Source: Deltaproteobacteria bacterium
GTDB taxonomy: Bacteria; Desulfobacterota; Desulfobulbia; Desulfobulbales; SURF-16
DNA: 64,000 bases
Assembly (NCBI GenBank): GCA_024277655.1
Contig: JAJRUT010000056.1
Location: forward strand, 3,683 to 67,682
Reading direction: 5' to 3'
A program made the position numbers and the translations under genes. Positions 18,069 through 27,584 of this stretch are shown here, one piece after another; position 1 is the stretch's first letter; each line of letters opens with the position of its first letter. The notes under the pieces were generated by a model. It was not told where the DNA came from and searched no databases. It was given only the letters and a program-made list of their open reading frames with translations.

Positions 18069-18827
18069 ATGAAAGAACGACTACAAAAAATAATCGCTAG
18101 AGCCGGGATTTGTTCGCGCCGTGCTGCAGAGACACTCATCCGTGACGGGAAGGTTTCCGTTGATGGGGAGGTTGTAACCGAGATGGGCATGAAGGTGGAT
18201 CATAGGATTCAGAAGGTCATCGCTGATCGTATTCACGTACGTTTTACGGAGAAGAAGGTGTATGTGCTTTTAAATAAGCCGGAAGGGTATGTTACAACGA
18301 TGAATGACCCGCAGGGGCGTCCCATTGTTACATCACTTTTGAAAGGCATAAAAGAACGGGTGTATCCTGTTGGCCGCCTTGATTTCGAAACAAAGGGCGC
18401 GCTTATCCTCACCAACGATGGTGAGCTTGCCCAGCGCATTCAACATCCGAGTTTTGAAGTGAAGAAAACCTATGTGGTCAGGGTTCAGGGGGCGCCCACA
18501 AACGATGCAATTCAGTTGCTTGAAGCGGGTGTTGAGCTTGAGGGTAAGATGACAGCTCCGGCCCAGGTCAAGGTGTATCGCCGGGGGAAGAAGGATTCCG
18601 TGCTGGAAATTACCATCCATGAGGGGCGGAAGCACCAGGTTCGCAAGATGTGTCAGGCTATCGGTCATCACTGTGTTGAGTTGACTCGTACGGCCTATGG
18701 GAACCTCAATCTGGGCTCTTTGCCTTCGGGTAAATTTCGCTATCTCTCCACCAGTGATCTGACTCGGATCACTAAGACCGCAAAAAAGATGAGAGTTAGT
18801 AAGCGGGTGAATAAGAGGCGTAAATAG
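18069..18827 (+). CDS. rluB: RluB/RsuA-family 23S/16S rRNA pseudouridine synthase
   Basis: S4 domain 'RLQKIIARAGICSRRAAETLIRDGKVSVDG', catalytic 'VGRLDFETKGALILTNDGELAQRIQHP', and a basic C-terminal tail. Confidence 0.85.
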   Translation: MKERLQKIIARAGICSRRAAETLIRDGKVSVDGEVVTEMGMKVDHRIQKVIADRIHVRFTEKKVYVLLNKPEGYVTTMNDPQGRPIVTSLLKGIKERVYPVGRLDFETKGALILTNDGELAQRIQHPSFEVKKTYVVRVQGAPTNDAIQLLEAGVELEGKMTAPAQVKVYRRGKKDSVLEITIHEGRKHQVRKMCQAIGHHCVELTRTAYGNLNLGSLPSGKFRYLSTSDLTRITKTAKKMRVSKRVNKRRK

Positions 18828-19124
18828 GTGATATGTCTAGTCAGGACAAGGTTTTAGGGCGAGACAGCCCGTCCTGGTCTACCCGTCTTGATTTCATTTG
18901 CATTTTCAGCTTTACTTTCGTTTCATCGTCATTATAGAATGGTTCTGTAGGAAATAAAGGGGCAGAAAATCAAGAGCATACATGACGTAATTCATCTTTT
19001 CTCCACGTTGGCTTTTCACCATTTCAATCGCCTTTTTTTTCTCTGCGAAGCTGGATTCGCTCTCCATTTGTTAGTGGAGAGCGAAATTCCCTAAAAGATC
19101 AGAACGATAAAAATGGAGAGTGTA

Positions 19125-19409
19125 ATGAACAAGTCTGAACTCGTTGAGGCGATGGCCAGGGAAATGGACATGAATCCGAAAGAGGCCAGTTTGGTGGTGA
19201 ATACGATTCTGGACTCTATGTGTAGTACGCTTATTGGCGGGAACTCCATTGAAATTCGTGGCTTTGGCAGTTTTGTGATTAAGGATTATGACTCTTATTC
19301 CGGGCGGAATCCCAAGACTGGTGAAAAGATTGAGGTGCCAGCCAAGAAGTTACCCTTTTTCAAAGTGGGGAAGGAGCTTCGGGAGCGGGTTAATTCTCGA
19401 ACCCAGTAA
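19125..19409 (+). CDS. integration host factor / HU family DNA-binding protein (IHF-beta-like)
   Basis: 'MNKSELVEAMA...' and 'GFGSFVIKDYDSYSGRNPKTGEKIEVPAKKLPFFKVGKELRERV'. Confidence 0.85.
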   Translation: MNKSELVEAMAREMDMNPKEASLVVNTILDSMCSTLIGGNSIEIRGFGSFVIKDYDSYSGRNPKTGEKIEVPAKKLPFFKVGKELRERVNSRTQ

Positions 19410-19435
19410 AAAATACTCTTCAAAAAGATGCAAAA

Positions 19436-19471
19436 AGGCTATTTCGATATGGATCGAAATAGCCTTTTTTT
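19436..19471 (+). terminator. rho-independent terminator
   Basis: 13-bp stem aggctatttcgat/atcgaaatagcct, 4-nt loop, T7 tract. Confidence 0.8.
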
Positions 19472-19572
19472 GTTTACCTCAGATTCGGAGGTAAATGGCG
19501 CGACTGAAGTCGCACGTCCTCTGTGATTATTTCAGGCGGTGCGTTTTTCAGTTGTGCCACTTAACGGCGGAT

Positions 19573-20058
19573 CTATTTTTTAAGCGTTTTCTGCAAGTCT
19601 TCCAGCACGGATCGTAAGGTCTGACCATCTGGGGTTGTGGCTTCCGGGTTGATTGCCACCGCCTTTTCCCAGGCAGTAATAGCCCCCTCCACATCCTGTA
19701 AATCAACCAGCTTGACGAGGCCGGTGTTAAACAGGGCACTAAGATGATCCGGCTTGCGTTTTAAGGCTTCAGTAAAAGATTCTATGGCTTTTTTAGGCTG
19801 TTTTTCCCGGCGGTACATGATACCCATATCGGTCCAGACATTGGGATCACTGTTGTTGATCGACAGGGCGCGGTCATAGGCGGTAATAGCCTTTTTATGT
19901 TGGTGGGTGTCGAAGTAGTTATGGCCCAGGGAGACCCAGGCCTCGTAGTTGTCGGGGTTCTGTTTAACAATATCTTCCAGCGCGTTGATTGCGTCATGTT
20001 CTTTGGCATGGTTGTGTCCGTCACCGGCTGGTTCCGCGCTACTGGTTGGTGGTTGCAC
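19573..20058 (-). CDS. TPR repeat protein (conservative coordinates; see finding on N-terminal frameshift)
   Basis: TPR units, e.g. 'AWVSLGHNYFDTHQHKKAITAYDRALSINNSDPNVWTDMGIMY'. The same frame continues upstream through a TM helix but has no ATG. Confidence 0.75.
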   Translation of the reverse strand: MQPPTSSAEPAGDGHNHAKEHDAINALEDIVKQNPDNYEAWVSLGHNYFDTHQHKKAITAYDRALSINNSDPNVWTDMGIMYRREKQPKKAIESFTEALKRKPDHLSALFNTGLVKLVDLQDVEGAITAWEKAVAINPEATTPDGQTLRSVLEDLQKTLKK

Positions 20059-20421
20059 GTCATCCGGGGTGGACTGGATTGCGGAGAAAATGACGCCACT
20101 GATAAATCCGGCAATAAAGGCAAAGGTGATGGCGATGTACAGCGTGTCTTTTTTATCATTTGTTACGCTCTGTTATTTAAGGTTTTTTTGTAAACGCGCC
20201 AGAATGGCAGGGCCATGATAATATACGTAAGGGATGATAAACTAAATTAAAAAAAAATGTAACGTTGTCCTTCGTAAAGCCGCAAATTTATGCCTTTCTG
20301 ACCGTAGAACTACGGATTTTTTGCCGGACACTGGAGAGGTGTAAGGGTATAAAAAATTAAACTTTGCATCGTTGTTGGGCCGACTATTTAAGGCCTGCAA
20401 CGAAGAAGAAGTGTAAAAAAC

Positions 20422-20450
20422 TTGACCTAGCCGGAGTGAATCTGTTTAAC
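20422..20450 (+). promoter_or_regulatory. candidate sigma-70 promoter for the porin-like gene
   Basis: TTGACC, 17-nt spacer, TTTAAC. Located about 130 nt upstream of ATG 20580. Confidence 0.3.
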
Positions 20451-20579
20451 TACCTGACTTAGGGTGAGGTTAATATTCCTGTGCAAGTTTGTTTGGCTGG
20501 GGTACTTAGGAGTTTTTTGGGGGAAGGGTTTTCTGGTTGATGGGGAAAGCCCGCGTTTGGTAAATTTCAGGAGAGAGAA

Positions 20580-21914
20580 ATGAAAAAGATTTTATCCACA
20601 GTTGTAGCCCTTGGTCTTGCGCTGGGCGCTGCGTCCACGGCGTCCGCCTTGGAATTCAAGGTTTCAGGCCATTATTTTGTGGAAGGCGTATATATGAGTT
20701 CCGGTGATGGTGATGGACTTGTGTTGAATGATGATAAGCAGGGGAATAATTCCTACTGGCGTCATGAGTTCAAGATCCGGCCGATGATTAAGGTCAACGA
20801 TAAAATTGTCATGAAATCTGTCATCTATCTTGCCAATAGTGATATTGCAACTGATGGCTCCGATGGTATTTGGGGCACTCAGGATGATGGCAATAAGGCC
20901 AATGATAATGAAATAAACGTTCAGCAACTGTTTATGGAATATATGTCCCCCTACGGAAAACTCCGGGTGGGTCGTACCTCTGTGGGGCTTTGGCAGGGTG
21001 ATTTTCTCAGCTCCGATGTGCACGGTAATCGTCTGATGTTCTTCCCTAACTTCCTGGGGGAAAATATTGGTGGTTGTGTTTTCCTGCAGAAGACCACAGA
21101 AGGCGATAAGTATACCACTGATGTCGATGGTGATTCAGACGTTTATGAGGTAGCTGTGTGGTATAAAAAACCGGGAATGATTGCCTCTCTTGGGTTTGAT
21201 TATATCCGTGATGCCAATTTCAGTAATACACCTCCCCCTGGACTTGCTTACACAGGTCAGAAAGGTACTATTAATCGCTTTAAGGGATATTATAATCAAA
21301 ATTTCACAAATGTGTATGCCGAGGTGGAATTTCAATATCAGACTGGTGACTTTGAGGTTGATTCCTCTGTAGATATTGGTGCTGGTGTTGGGCAGGATGT
21401 GGACGTTGAAAGTCTAGGGTTTATGGCCGATCTCGGTGTTTACCAGGGAAAGCTTGATGTTGGCATGATGTTTATCTATGGTTCCGGTGATAGTGATGGC
21501 CGGGCTGATGGCGATAAGGGAGACCTTGGTCAACTTGGTGAGCAGTTTCAGCCCTACAATATCCTGACTGGGGCCAATACCGGGATGATGGTAACCGATG
21601 TTAATGGTGCCAATGGCGCAATGACGCAAGCCGGTATTATCTCCCTTGGTCTGCATGCAAGCTACGCCGTATCTGATGTCCTTTCGGTGAATTCGGCTCT
21701 GGCTTATGCCCAGGCCGAGTCAGAACAAATAGGTTGGGAGGATGAGTATGGTTGGGAGATTGACCTTGGCATGACTTACAGCCTGATGGCTAATCTGGCC
21801 TATCAGGTCGATTTTGGTTATCTCATGACTGGTGATTTCTTTGAAGAAGGTGTTGCCGGGGCTGATACAGAGGACGTGTACACCCTCACCCATCGCCTGA
21901 CCATGGAGTTCTAG
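20580..21914 (+). CDS. outer-membrane beta-barrel (porin-like) protein
   Basis: RBS GGAGAG, signal peptide 'MKKILSTVVALGLALGAASTASA', amphipathic beta-strand pattern, and C-terminal 'RLTMEF'. Confidence 0.65.
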   Translation: MKKILSTVVALGLALGAASTASALEFKVSGHYFVEGVYMSSGDGDGLVLNDDKQGNNSYWRHEFKIRPMIKVNDKIVMKSVIYLANSDIATDGSDGIWGTQDDGNKANDNEINVQQLFMEYMSPYGKLRVGRTSVGLWQGDFLSSDVHGNRLMFFPNFLGENIGGCVFLQKTTEGDKYTTDVDGDSDVYEVAVWYKKPGMIASLGFDYIRDANFSNTPPPGLAYTGQKGTINRFKGYYNQNFTNVYAEVEFQYQTGDFEVDSSVDIGAGVGQDVDVESLGFMADLGVYQGKLDVGMMFIYGSGDSDGRADGDKGDLGQLGEQFQPYNILTGANTGMMVTDVNGANGAMTQAGIISLGLHASYAVSDVLSVNSALAYAQAESEQIGWEDEYGWEIDLGMTYSLMANLAYQVDFGYLMTGDFFEEGVAGADTEDVYTLTHRLTMEF

Positions 21915-21949
21915 TCTGACTGATACGTTCTGGTGGTAATATAAAAAAA

Positions 21950-21982
21950 GCCCGAATCGCTTTAAGTGATTCGGGCTTTTTT
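21950..21982 (+). terminator. rho-independent terminator
   Basis: Stem gcccgaatc/gattcgggc followed by T6. Confidence 0.8.
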
Positions 21983-22048
21983 ATTGTTTCTGTTTAGGGT
22001 TAAAACCTTCGCCTTTTAAGAGTATCCTCCCTCACTTACCGGGCGAAT

Positions 22049-22142
22049 AACAGCGTAACAGCGTAACAGCGAAGCGGTGTCTGGTGTCTGTTTTGCTAGC
22101 AGTCGTCGCCTTGCTACTGTTTTATTTGAACTTCCAACTTCC
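22049..22142. repeat. three separate short tandem duplications in the gspG 3' flank
   Basis: aacagcgt x3 (22049-22072, last copy ends in a); ggtgtct x2 (22076-22089); aacttcc x2 (22129-22142). Confidence 0.8.
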
Positions 22143-22174
22143 ACAACATCGAATATGGAACTTTCGTCGCTTCG

Positions 22175-22606
22175 CTACTCCCAACTGACGATATCCATGT
22201 CTTCCTTCTCGCCCCCTTCCTGACGATCCTTGCCAAAGCTGAATACATCAATTTCGTTGCCGTGTTGACTGGGGTTGTTGTACTGATATTCATTCTTCCA
22301 CGGATCAAGGGGAACATTTTTTCTAAGGTAGGGGCCATCCCAGTTTTCGACACCAGGGTCAGAGCGTAGGGCATCAAGACCCTGGGACTGACTGGGGAAA
22401 TCTCCGGTGTCCATCCGGTATGCTTCTAGGGCGCTGTCAATCATTTCTATTTGGGTGCGCGCCGTCTGCTGTTTACCCTTGCGGATGTGTTTATAGACAC
22501 TTGGTACAGCAACAGCTGAGATCAGGCCGAGAATGACCATCACCGCCATCAGTTCCAGTAACGAGAATCCTTTGGCGTTACCAATATGTTTTCGCAATAT
22601 CTGCAT
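22175..22606 (-). CDS. gspG: type II secretion major pseudopilin GspG
   Basis: Prepilin motif 'KGFSLLELMAVMVILGLISAVAVP' and GspG body 'ARTQIEMIDSALEAYRMDTGDFP...GPYL...PLDPWKNEYQY'. ATG at 22606 chosen over the longer ORF. Confidence 0.9.
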   Translation of the reverse strand: MQILRKHIGNAKGFSLLELMAVMVILGLISAVAVPSVYKHIRKGKQQTARTQIEMIDSALEAYRMDTGDFPSQSQGLDALRSDPGVENWDGPYLRKNVPLDPWKNEYQYNNPSQHGNEIDVFSFGKDRQEGGEKEDMDIVSWE

Positions 22607-22616
22607 AAAAAAACAC

Positions 22617-24794
22617 CTACTTTTGTAGTTTGTTGTTGGAGTGCAATTCGTCACGAAAGCCATCCATAGTTGTCTTAAATTCGTTAACATACTGGTCGAG
22701 CACCTGCTCACTTTCAATTACATACAGGGTGAGCATAATGAGGAGCTCTGTCTTCTCAATCTTCTGGGTCTCATATCTAAACAGATAGCCCAGAAGTGGA
22801 ATATCCTTCAAAAAGGGGATACCACTGTCTGACACGGTGCGATCTGTGCCAATAAGACCGCCGATCAGGATGGATTGACCATCTTTAACGGCCAATCTTG
22901 TCTTTAATTCCCGCTTTCTGATGGGAGCCGATTGTACCCCGTTTTCCGGCACCTCCATGGCCTTACTGATGGTCTGTTTGATGTCGAGGAGAATAATACC
23001 GTCATAGTTGATCTGGGGAGTAACCTCAAGGATTACACCGGTATCCTTGTACTGGATGGTCTTGTCCACCTTGTCGGCCGTGGCATTGTTTTCGGTGACC
23101 GAGGTGACAATGGGAACCTCTTCACCAACGTTGACGGTGGCCGTTTCATTGTTGAGTACCAGGACCTGGGGCGAGGAGAGGATGGACAGGTTCGTCTTGC
23201 CGGCCAGGGCGTGGAGCAGGGCGGCCACATCCTCACCGCTGTTAATCATCATGCTCAGGCCGTTGGAGATGGCATTCTCCGGGTTAAAAACGGTGGATGC
23301 TACATCCATGGTATAGCGGGTACCGTTGTTTGTGCCGAGAAGGTTATTATCGATGGCCCATTCAACTCCCATGGACAGTTCATCCTTTAGGTACACCTCG
23401 GCAACGATAACCTCCACCAGCACCTGGCGTGGCAGGTTGTCCAAGCGTTCAAGGAGTTTAACAATGCGGCTGTAGTCTGGTGGCAGGGCGCGGATCAGGA
23501 TGATATTGCGGTTGTCATCAGCGATCAGCATCGGACTGCCGGCAAAGCGCAGGGATGAAAGTGTTTTACCGAGAACCTTGTTTTTTAAGGCGGATTTCTT
23601 CTTTTTACTGTCGGATGTGGTCTTGGAGTTGGTGGCTTTTTTTGTGGTTGCACCGCCACTATCTTCTTGGATTAAACGGTTGACGAGGTTGGTTAATTCC
23701 GAGGCCACCGTATTCTTGGCGTTATAGATGTAAATATTATCCCGGTCGGAACCCACGGTGATGTCAAGCTCCTTGATCCACCGCGCCCCGTTTTCCACCA
23801 GATATTCACTGGGGCTAACCAGAAGCAGGGAGTTAACCTGGCCCAGGGGGACAATGGTTAACCCACCCTGTTTGCCCTTGTTGTTGATGTTCAGGGCATT
23901 GAAAACTTTATCAAGCTCCTCCTTGATCTCTTGAATGGGCGCATTATGAATGCGAACCAGGCGGATATTCAAGGATTCCAGCGGCGAAACGTCTAACTGG
24001 GAAAGTATGGTGAGTATATCAATGATATTGGTCTCGTAGTCGTGGATGAGGAGCCAGTTATGTGCCTCCAGTGGCTGCATTGAGCCGCTGGCTGACAGGT
24101 AGGGCTCAACCAGTTTGACACTGGCCTTTGCCTGTAGATGGAGAAGTGGCACAACCTGGAGCATGATACGGCTTGAGGGGCTGAGATTGCTAATATCCTT
24201 ACTGGTAGAAAATGTGCCTGAGTAGGGCTTTGCGCTTGGGAAAATATAACTGTGAATACCCTCATCACGCAGGTCAAGGCCGTTGATGTGGAGAATCTTG
24301 AGAAATACCTCCTTTAGTTCCGCCAGCGGAACCGGCTTGGAGGAGCGGATATTAACAACACCTTTAACATTTGGGTCAATAATATAGTTTAGGCCCAGAA
24401 GGTCACCAATGATATGGATTACTTCGTAAATGTCGGCATTATCAAAATTCAAGGTAATTGTCGGCGTATCAGGGTTGTCAGGGGGAGTTGTCTTTTCTGT
24501 ACCCCTTGTGTGGTCGATAATGTTGAGGAGATGCTGGTTTCTGGCATCGCCCTGGATTATGTTTTCCATTGTCCCCGCTTTCTGTGGGTGGGGGGTATCC
24601 CCCTTCTGTTCCATCAACACCGAACTGCGGGGTGTTTTTTCAATACGTGAACGGATATCGGCAAGGTCAATATCCCTGGTGGTGGGCATTGTCTGTGGGT
24701 CGATGGGCGCACAGCCAGAGGCGATGATGAGGCAATACAGACATAGGAGGGTTGCTGTTTGCCTAAGTTGTTTAGGGAAAGTTGATCTATACAT
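22617..24794 (-). CDS. gspD: type II secretion secretin GspD, probably lipidated
   Basis: 725 aa. N0/N1-type domains ('ITLNFDNADIYEVIHIIGDLLGLNYIIDPNVKG') and a secretin C-domain ('IPFLKDIPLLGYLFR'). The N-terminal 'LIIASGC' resembles a lipobox. Confidence 0.9.
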   Translation of the reverse strand: MYRSTFPKQLRQTATLLCLYCLIIASGCAPIDPQTMPTTRDIDLADIRSRIEKTPRSSVLMEQKGDTPHPQKAGTMENIIQGDARNQHLLNIIDHTRGTEKTTPPDNPDTPTITLNFDNADIYEVIHIIGDLLGLNYIIDPNVKGVVNIRSSKPVPLAELKEVFLKILHINGLDLRDEGIHSYIFPSAKPYSGTFSTSKDISNLSPSSRIMLQVVPLLHLQAKASVKLVEPYLSASGSMQPLEAHNWLLIHDYETNIIDILTILSQLDVSPLESLNIRLVRIHNAPIQEIKEELDKVFNALNINNKGKQGGLTIVPLGQVNSLLLVSPSEYLVENGARWIKELDITVGSDRDNIYIYNAKNTVASELTNLVNRLIQEDSGGATTKKATNSKTTSDSKKKKSALKNKVLGKTLSSLRFAGSPMLIADDNRNIILIRALPPDYSRIVKLLERLDNLPRQVLVEVIVAEVYLKDELSMGVEWAIDNNLLGTNNGTRYTMDVASTVFNPENAISNGLSMMINSGEDVAALLHALAGKTNLSILSSPQVLVLNNETATVNVGEEVPIVTSVTENNATADKVDKTIQYKDTGVILEVTPQINYDGIILLDIKQTISKAMEVPENGVQSAPIRKRELKTRLAVKDGQSILIGGLIGTDRTVSDSGIPFLKDIPLLGYLFRYETQKIEKTELLIMLTLYVIESEQVLDQYVNEFKTTMDGFRDELHSNNKLQK

Positions 24795-24801
24795 TGGGGT
24801 T

Positions 24802-25479
24802 TTATTTTCTCACAGGGGCACTGTCTTTAGGTGGTGCTATTTTGTTTATTCTGCGGGTAGTTTGCTTGGCTCGGGGTGGTGTGGTCTTTCTGATTTTCTT
24901 CCCGGTTGGTGCCGGACGTTTTTTTTCGGTGGAAAAGAGATCCTTGGTCACTGTATGGCTACCACGGGTGAAGGTGACTTGCAAGGGTTCAACTTCACTT
25001 ACGGTGTAACCGCCGATGGACTCGCCAAGACTTATAATTTGGGAGGTCCGGTCTGATTTTGCCTGGGTTCCGGGGTTATTCGCCCTGCTTGTGGTTTTGT
25101 TTATTCTGGTTGCGGTTCTGGCAGTTTTGCCATTGGTGTAGGAAATCAAGGCCTTGCGGCTGGCACCGACTATAATTGAGCCATTATATTGCAGGCTCTC
25201 CATATTGATCTTTTGGCCATTATGGTCATTAACGCTTGTGCTCGCTGACTTTCTGAATCGTTCACTGTTAAACAGATATCCTTGGTTCAGGTTGGGTAGG
25301 GGCTGTGTGATTTTTGGATTAAGGCTGAGAGTGATGGTTTTTTTCAGGCTGGGTTTTCTTGTCTCAGGTTTGGACTGGCCTGGGACAGCATCATCTTGTC
25401 CATGGTGCTGTCCCAGGCCGAGCGCCCATAACGGTAGCAATGCTACCAGGATAAAGATGAAAATTTGCCTTGGTCTCAT
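24802..25479 (-). CDS. GspC/PilP-like secretin-associated protein with basic Pro/Lys/Thr tail
   Basis: N-terminal TM 'IFIFILVALLPLWALGLG'. Beta-rich core 'YNGSIIVGASRKALISY...LGESIGGYTVSEVEPLQVTFTRG' resembles the PilP/GspC HR domain. Sits immediately upstream of gspD. Confidence 0.45.
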   Translation of the reverse strand: MRPRQIFIFILVALLPLWALGLGQHHGQDDAVPGQSKPETRKPSLKKTITLSLNPKITQPLPNLNQGYLFNSERFRKSASTSVNDHNGQKINMESLQYNGSIIVGASRKALISYTNGKTARTATRINKTTSRANNPGTQAKSDRTSQIISLGESIGGYTVSEVEPLQVTFTRGSHTVTKDLFSTEKKRPAPTGKKIRKTTPPRAKQTTRRINKIAPPKDSAPVRK

Positions 25480-26061
25480 TTATTTACGCCCCAGAGTTTT
25501 AGTAAGCCAATTTGACGAGGGCTGATAATAGGCGCGGAGATCCATGTATATCTTTAGTTTGTCCTGCTGAAACGGTTTTATGGTGAGTCCTTCTATGTGA
25601 AAGAAGGATCTGTTTCTGTAGATGGCAACCAAAAAGGAGATGAACTGATCCATGTCGCCGTTTAATCTTAGTTTTAGTACCACGGATGGCAAGGTGTTTG
25701 TAATTGCTCTTGAGTTTACCGGCCGTAGTGATTCCGGTTCAAGCCCTGATTTTTGTAGCATTGCTTGCACCTTTATCTGCATCTCGGAGGTAACGGTATC
25801 CTGATCATTGTCTTTGAAAAGAGCCTGCTCGATCTGGCCAATCTGCTGTTTCTGCTGTTTGACCTGAAAGCGTAGGCCGTGCAGTTTGCGGACGTTTTTT
25901 TGATCCACAAAGATCTGTTGCTCCAGGTCATCCAACCTTGCGACCATATTGTTGTAGGTGGAAAGAAGAAAGGCCATAAGGGCAATAGCCGTAAGCAGTC
26001 CTGCGGTAAGGAGGAGGAGGGCCTGTTGCGAGCGAAATTGGTTGGGGATAAGGCGGCTCAT
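25480..26061 (-). CDS. GspM/PilO-like inner-membrane assembly protein
   Basis: Single TM 'ALLLLTAGLLTAIALMAFLL', a coiled coil and a ferredoxin-like C-terminus, positioned after the GspL-like gene. Confidence 0.5.
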   Translation of the reverse strand: MSRLIPNQFRSQQALLLLTAGLLTAIALMAFLLSTYNNMVARLDDLEQQIFVDQKNVRKLHGLRFQVKQQKQQIGQIEQALFKDNDQDTVTSEMQIKVQAMLQKSGLEPESLRPVNSRAITNTLPSVVLKLRLNGDMDQFISFLVAIYRNRSFFHIEGLTIKPFQQDKLKIYMDLRAYYQPSSNWLTKTLGRK

Positions 26062-27182
26062 TTGGGCAGTACCTCGATCTTGAAATAGGTCTGGTTGCGC
26101 CGTTTGTGGGTGGACTCAAGGGTTGCGTTGCCGATGGCCTGGAGGCTGGTGGTCAGTGCCCCAAGGTCGCTGGTATAGCCCTGGATGTGGATGGCACCTG
26201 TCTTTTTATCAAGGCGTAACTGGTCAAGGTGGGAGCTGAACGGCAGATTTTGAGAAAGGTTGGCAAAGAGGGCGATCAGGTTTGTGTTTTTAGCGATGTT
26301 GGCGTAGCCTTTTAATTTTATTGCCTGGCGGGCCTGTTGTTTGTTTAGCTTTTTTAATTCGCTAAGCTGGGGGGCCATTTTCTGGCGGGAAGCCTCAATC
26401 TGGTGAATCTGACCCTGGAGACTGAAAAAGTTCATGCCAAACCAGCCAAGCCCCAGAAGAAGATTTAGGGTGAGGAGGCCAAGGAGGAGCCATTTGCCGT
26501 AATCCGTGCGACGAAAGGTCTTGGGTAACAGATCAAAGTCAAGAGGCGCGCCGGGGGGCGAGGGCTGGGCCTTTAGATTGGTGATGTCCTGGATGAATTC
26601 CAGGCCATAGGTTTTTTTCAGCATCTGCTGGTCAGGTTGTCCAGAGAGTTGCAGTCGCTCTGTGACATGACCTGCCTTGAATATCGTCAGCTTATTGAAC
26701 AGGCCACTGCTGATGAGGCCCCAGTTCTTTTTGCGGTTCTTTGAGCTCAGCCCCTGTTGGCTTTCGGGGTACATGCCGTATATACGGTGGCCCAGGCCGA
26801 TAATGGTTTCCAGAATAGGGAGCATGATCCGCTGATCGCTGAGGTAGAGCGCAACATGGATAGCGTCTTTGGCGTGCTGGATATCATAGGCATAGAGACA
26901 GTTTTCGCCAAAGGGAGAGATTATGTCCATTTGCAGTTGTAGGGCTTTTTTTATATTCGGGGTCTGTTTGGGGAGCTTGATGCGGGTAAAGTAGAGGAGG
27001 TCGTCGCTTAGATAAATTGTTATCGGGCGTCCTGCCAAGTTGGCATGTTGTTTACTGAAGGCGGAAAATTGCTGGGCAAACTCAGCAGGAGACTGAGTAA
27101 ACTCTACACTGTTGCCTGTCTGCTTCATATCACAGAGAACAATCTGTCCTTTGCCTATGAGAAGATCTATGCCAGCATTCAA
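26058..27182 (-). CDS. GspL-like (PilM-PilN fusion-type) assembly protein, TTG start
   Basis: Cytoplasmic domain of about 230 aa, TM 'WLLLGLLTLNLLLGLGWFGMNFF', then a PilN-like periplasmic part. AAGGA lies 8 nt upstream of the TTG at 27182. ATGA overlap with the next gene. Confidence 0.55.
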   Translation of the reverse strand: MNAGIDLLIGKGQIVLCDMKQTGNSVEFTQSPAEFAQQFSAFSKQHANLAGRPITIYLSDDLLYFTRIKLPKQTPNIKKALQLQMDIISPFGENCLYAYDIQHAKDAIHVALYLSDQRIMLPILETIIGLGHRIYGMYPESQQGLSSKNRKKNWGLISSGLFNKLTIFKAGHVTERLQLSGQPDQQMLKKTYGLEFIQDITNLKAQPSPPGAPLDFDLLPKTFRRTDYGKWLLLGLLTLNLLLGLGWFGMNFFSLQGQIHQIEASRQKMAPQLSELKKLNKQQARQAIKLKGYANIAKNTNLIALFANLSQNLPFSSHLDQLRLDKKTGAIHIQGYTSDLGALTTSLQAIGNATLESTHKRRNQTYFKIEVLPK

Positions 27183-27251
27183 AACGATTATCCTTATGGT
27201 GAGTTTGGGGTGATAGGGTGGTAATATCTTATCACCCCGATATTACCTGCT

Positions 27252-27280
27252 ATTATTGCCATAAAGGGGAGTTTAGTCAA
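27252..27280 (-). promoter_or_regulatory. candidate sigma-70 promoter for the gspL-M-C-D-G block
   Basis: Minus strand reads TTGACT (27280-27275), 17-nt spacer, AATAAT (27257-27252). The predicted transcript start falls at the edge of the interleaved repeats. Confidence 0.35.
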
Positions 27281-27584
27281 TGACGAAACCGCTGTGGCTT
27301 GCTGTTGTCTAAAGTAGTGAAATATGGGTTTCCCTTGAGGTTAAAGGCGTTGCTGGCGATAATTTGCTGATGCCCCAGTTGTTGGGGCTGGAGAGAGGGG
27401 GGATTCTTGGGCCAAAGCGGTTTTTATTTGCCGGTATATTGTTGGTTCAATCCTCTCGTGCTACTTGTTATGGTATGTGACGAGGTCAGGTGTTCGTTGT
27501 CGGGGAAAGTGACTAAAAAACGTCTTTTTGTGTTAGGTGTATGGTTTTTTTACCTGTTGCTACAGTTAAAAAACGGTGGTTTCT

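Noticed and set aside
27207-27247. H-type RNA pseudoknot formed by the two interleaved 9-bp repeats.
   Set aside because: Connecting loops of 4, 1 and 0 nt cannot span 9-bp helices, so simultaneous formation is sterically implausible. The element is retained as alternative hairpins or binding sites instead.
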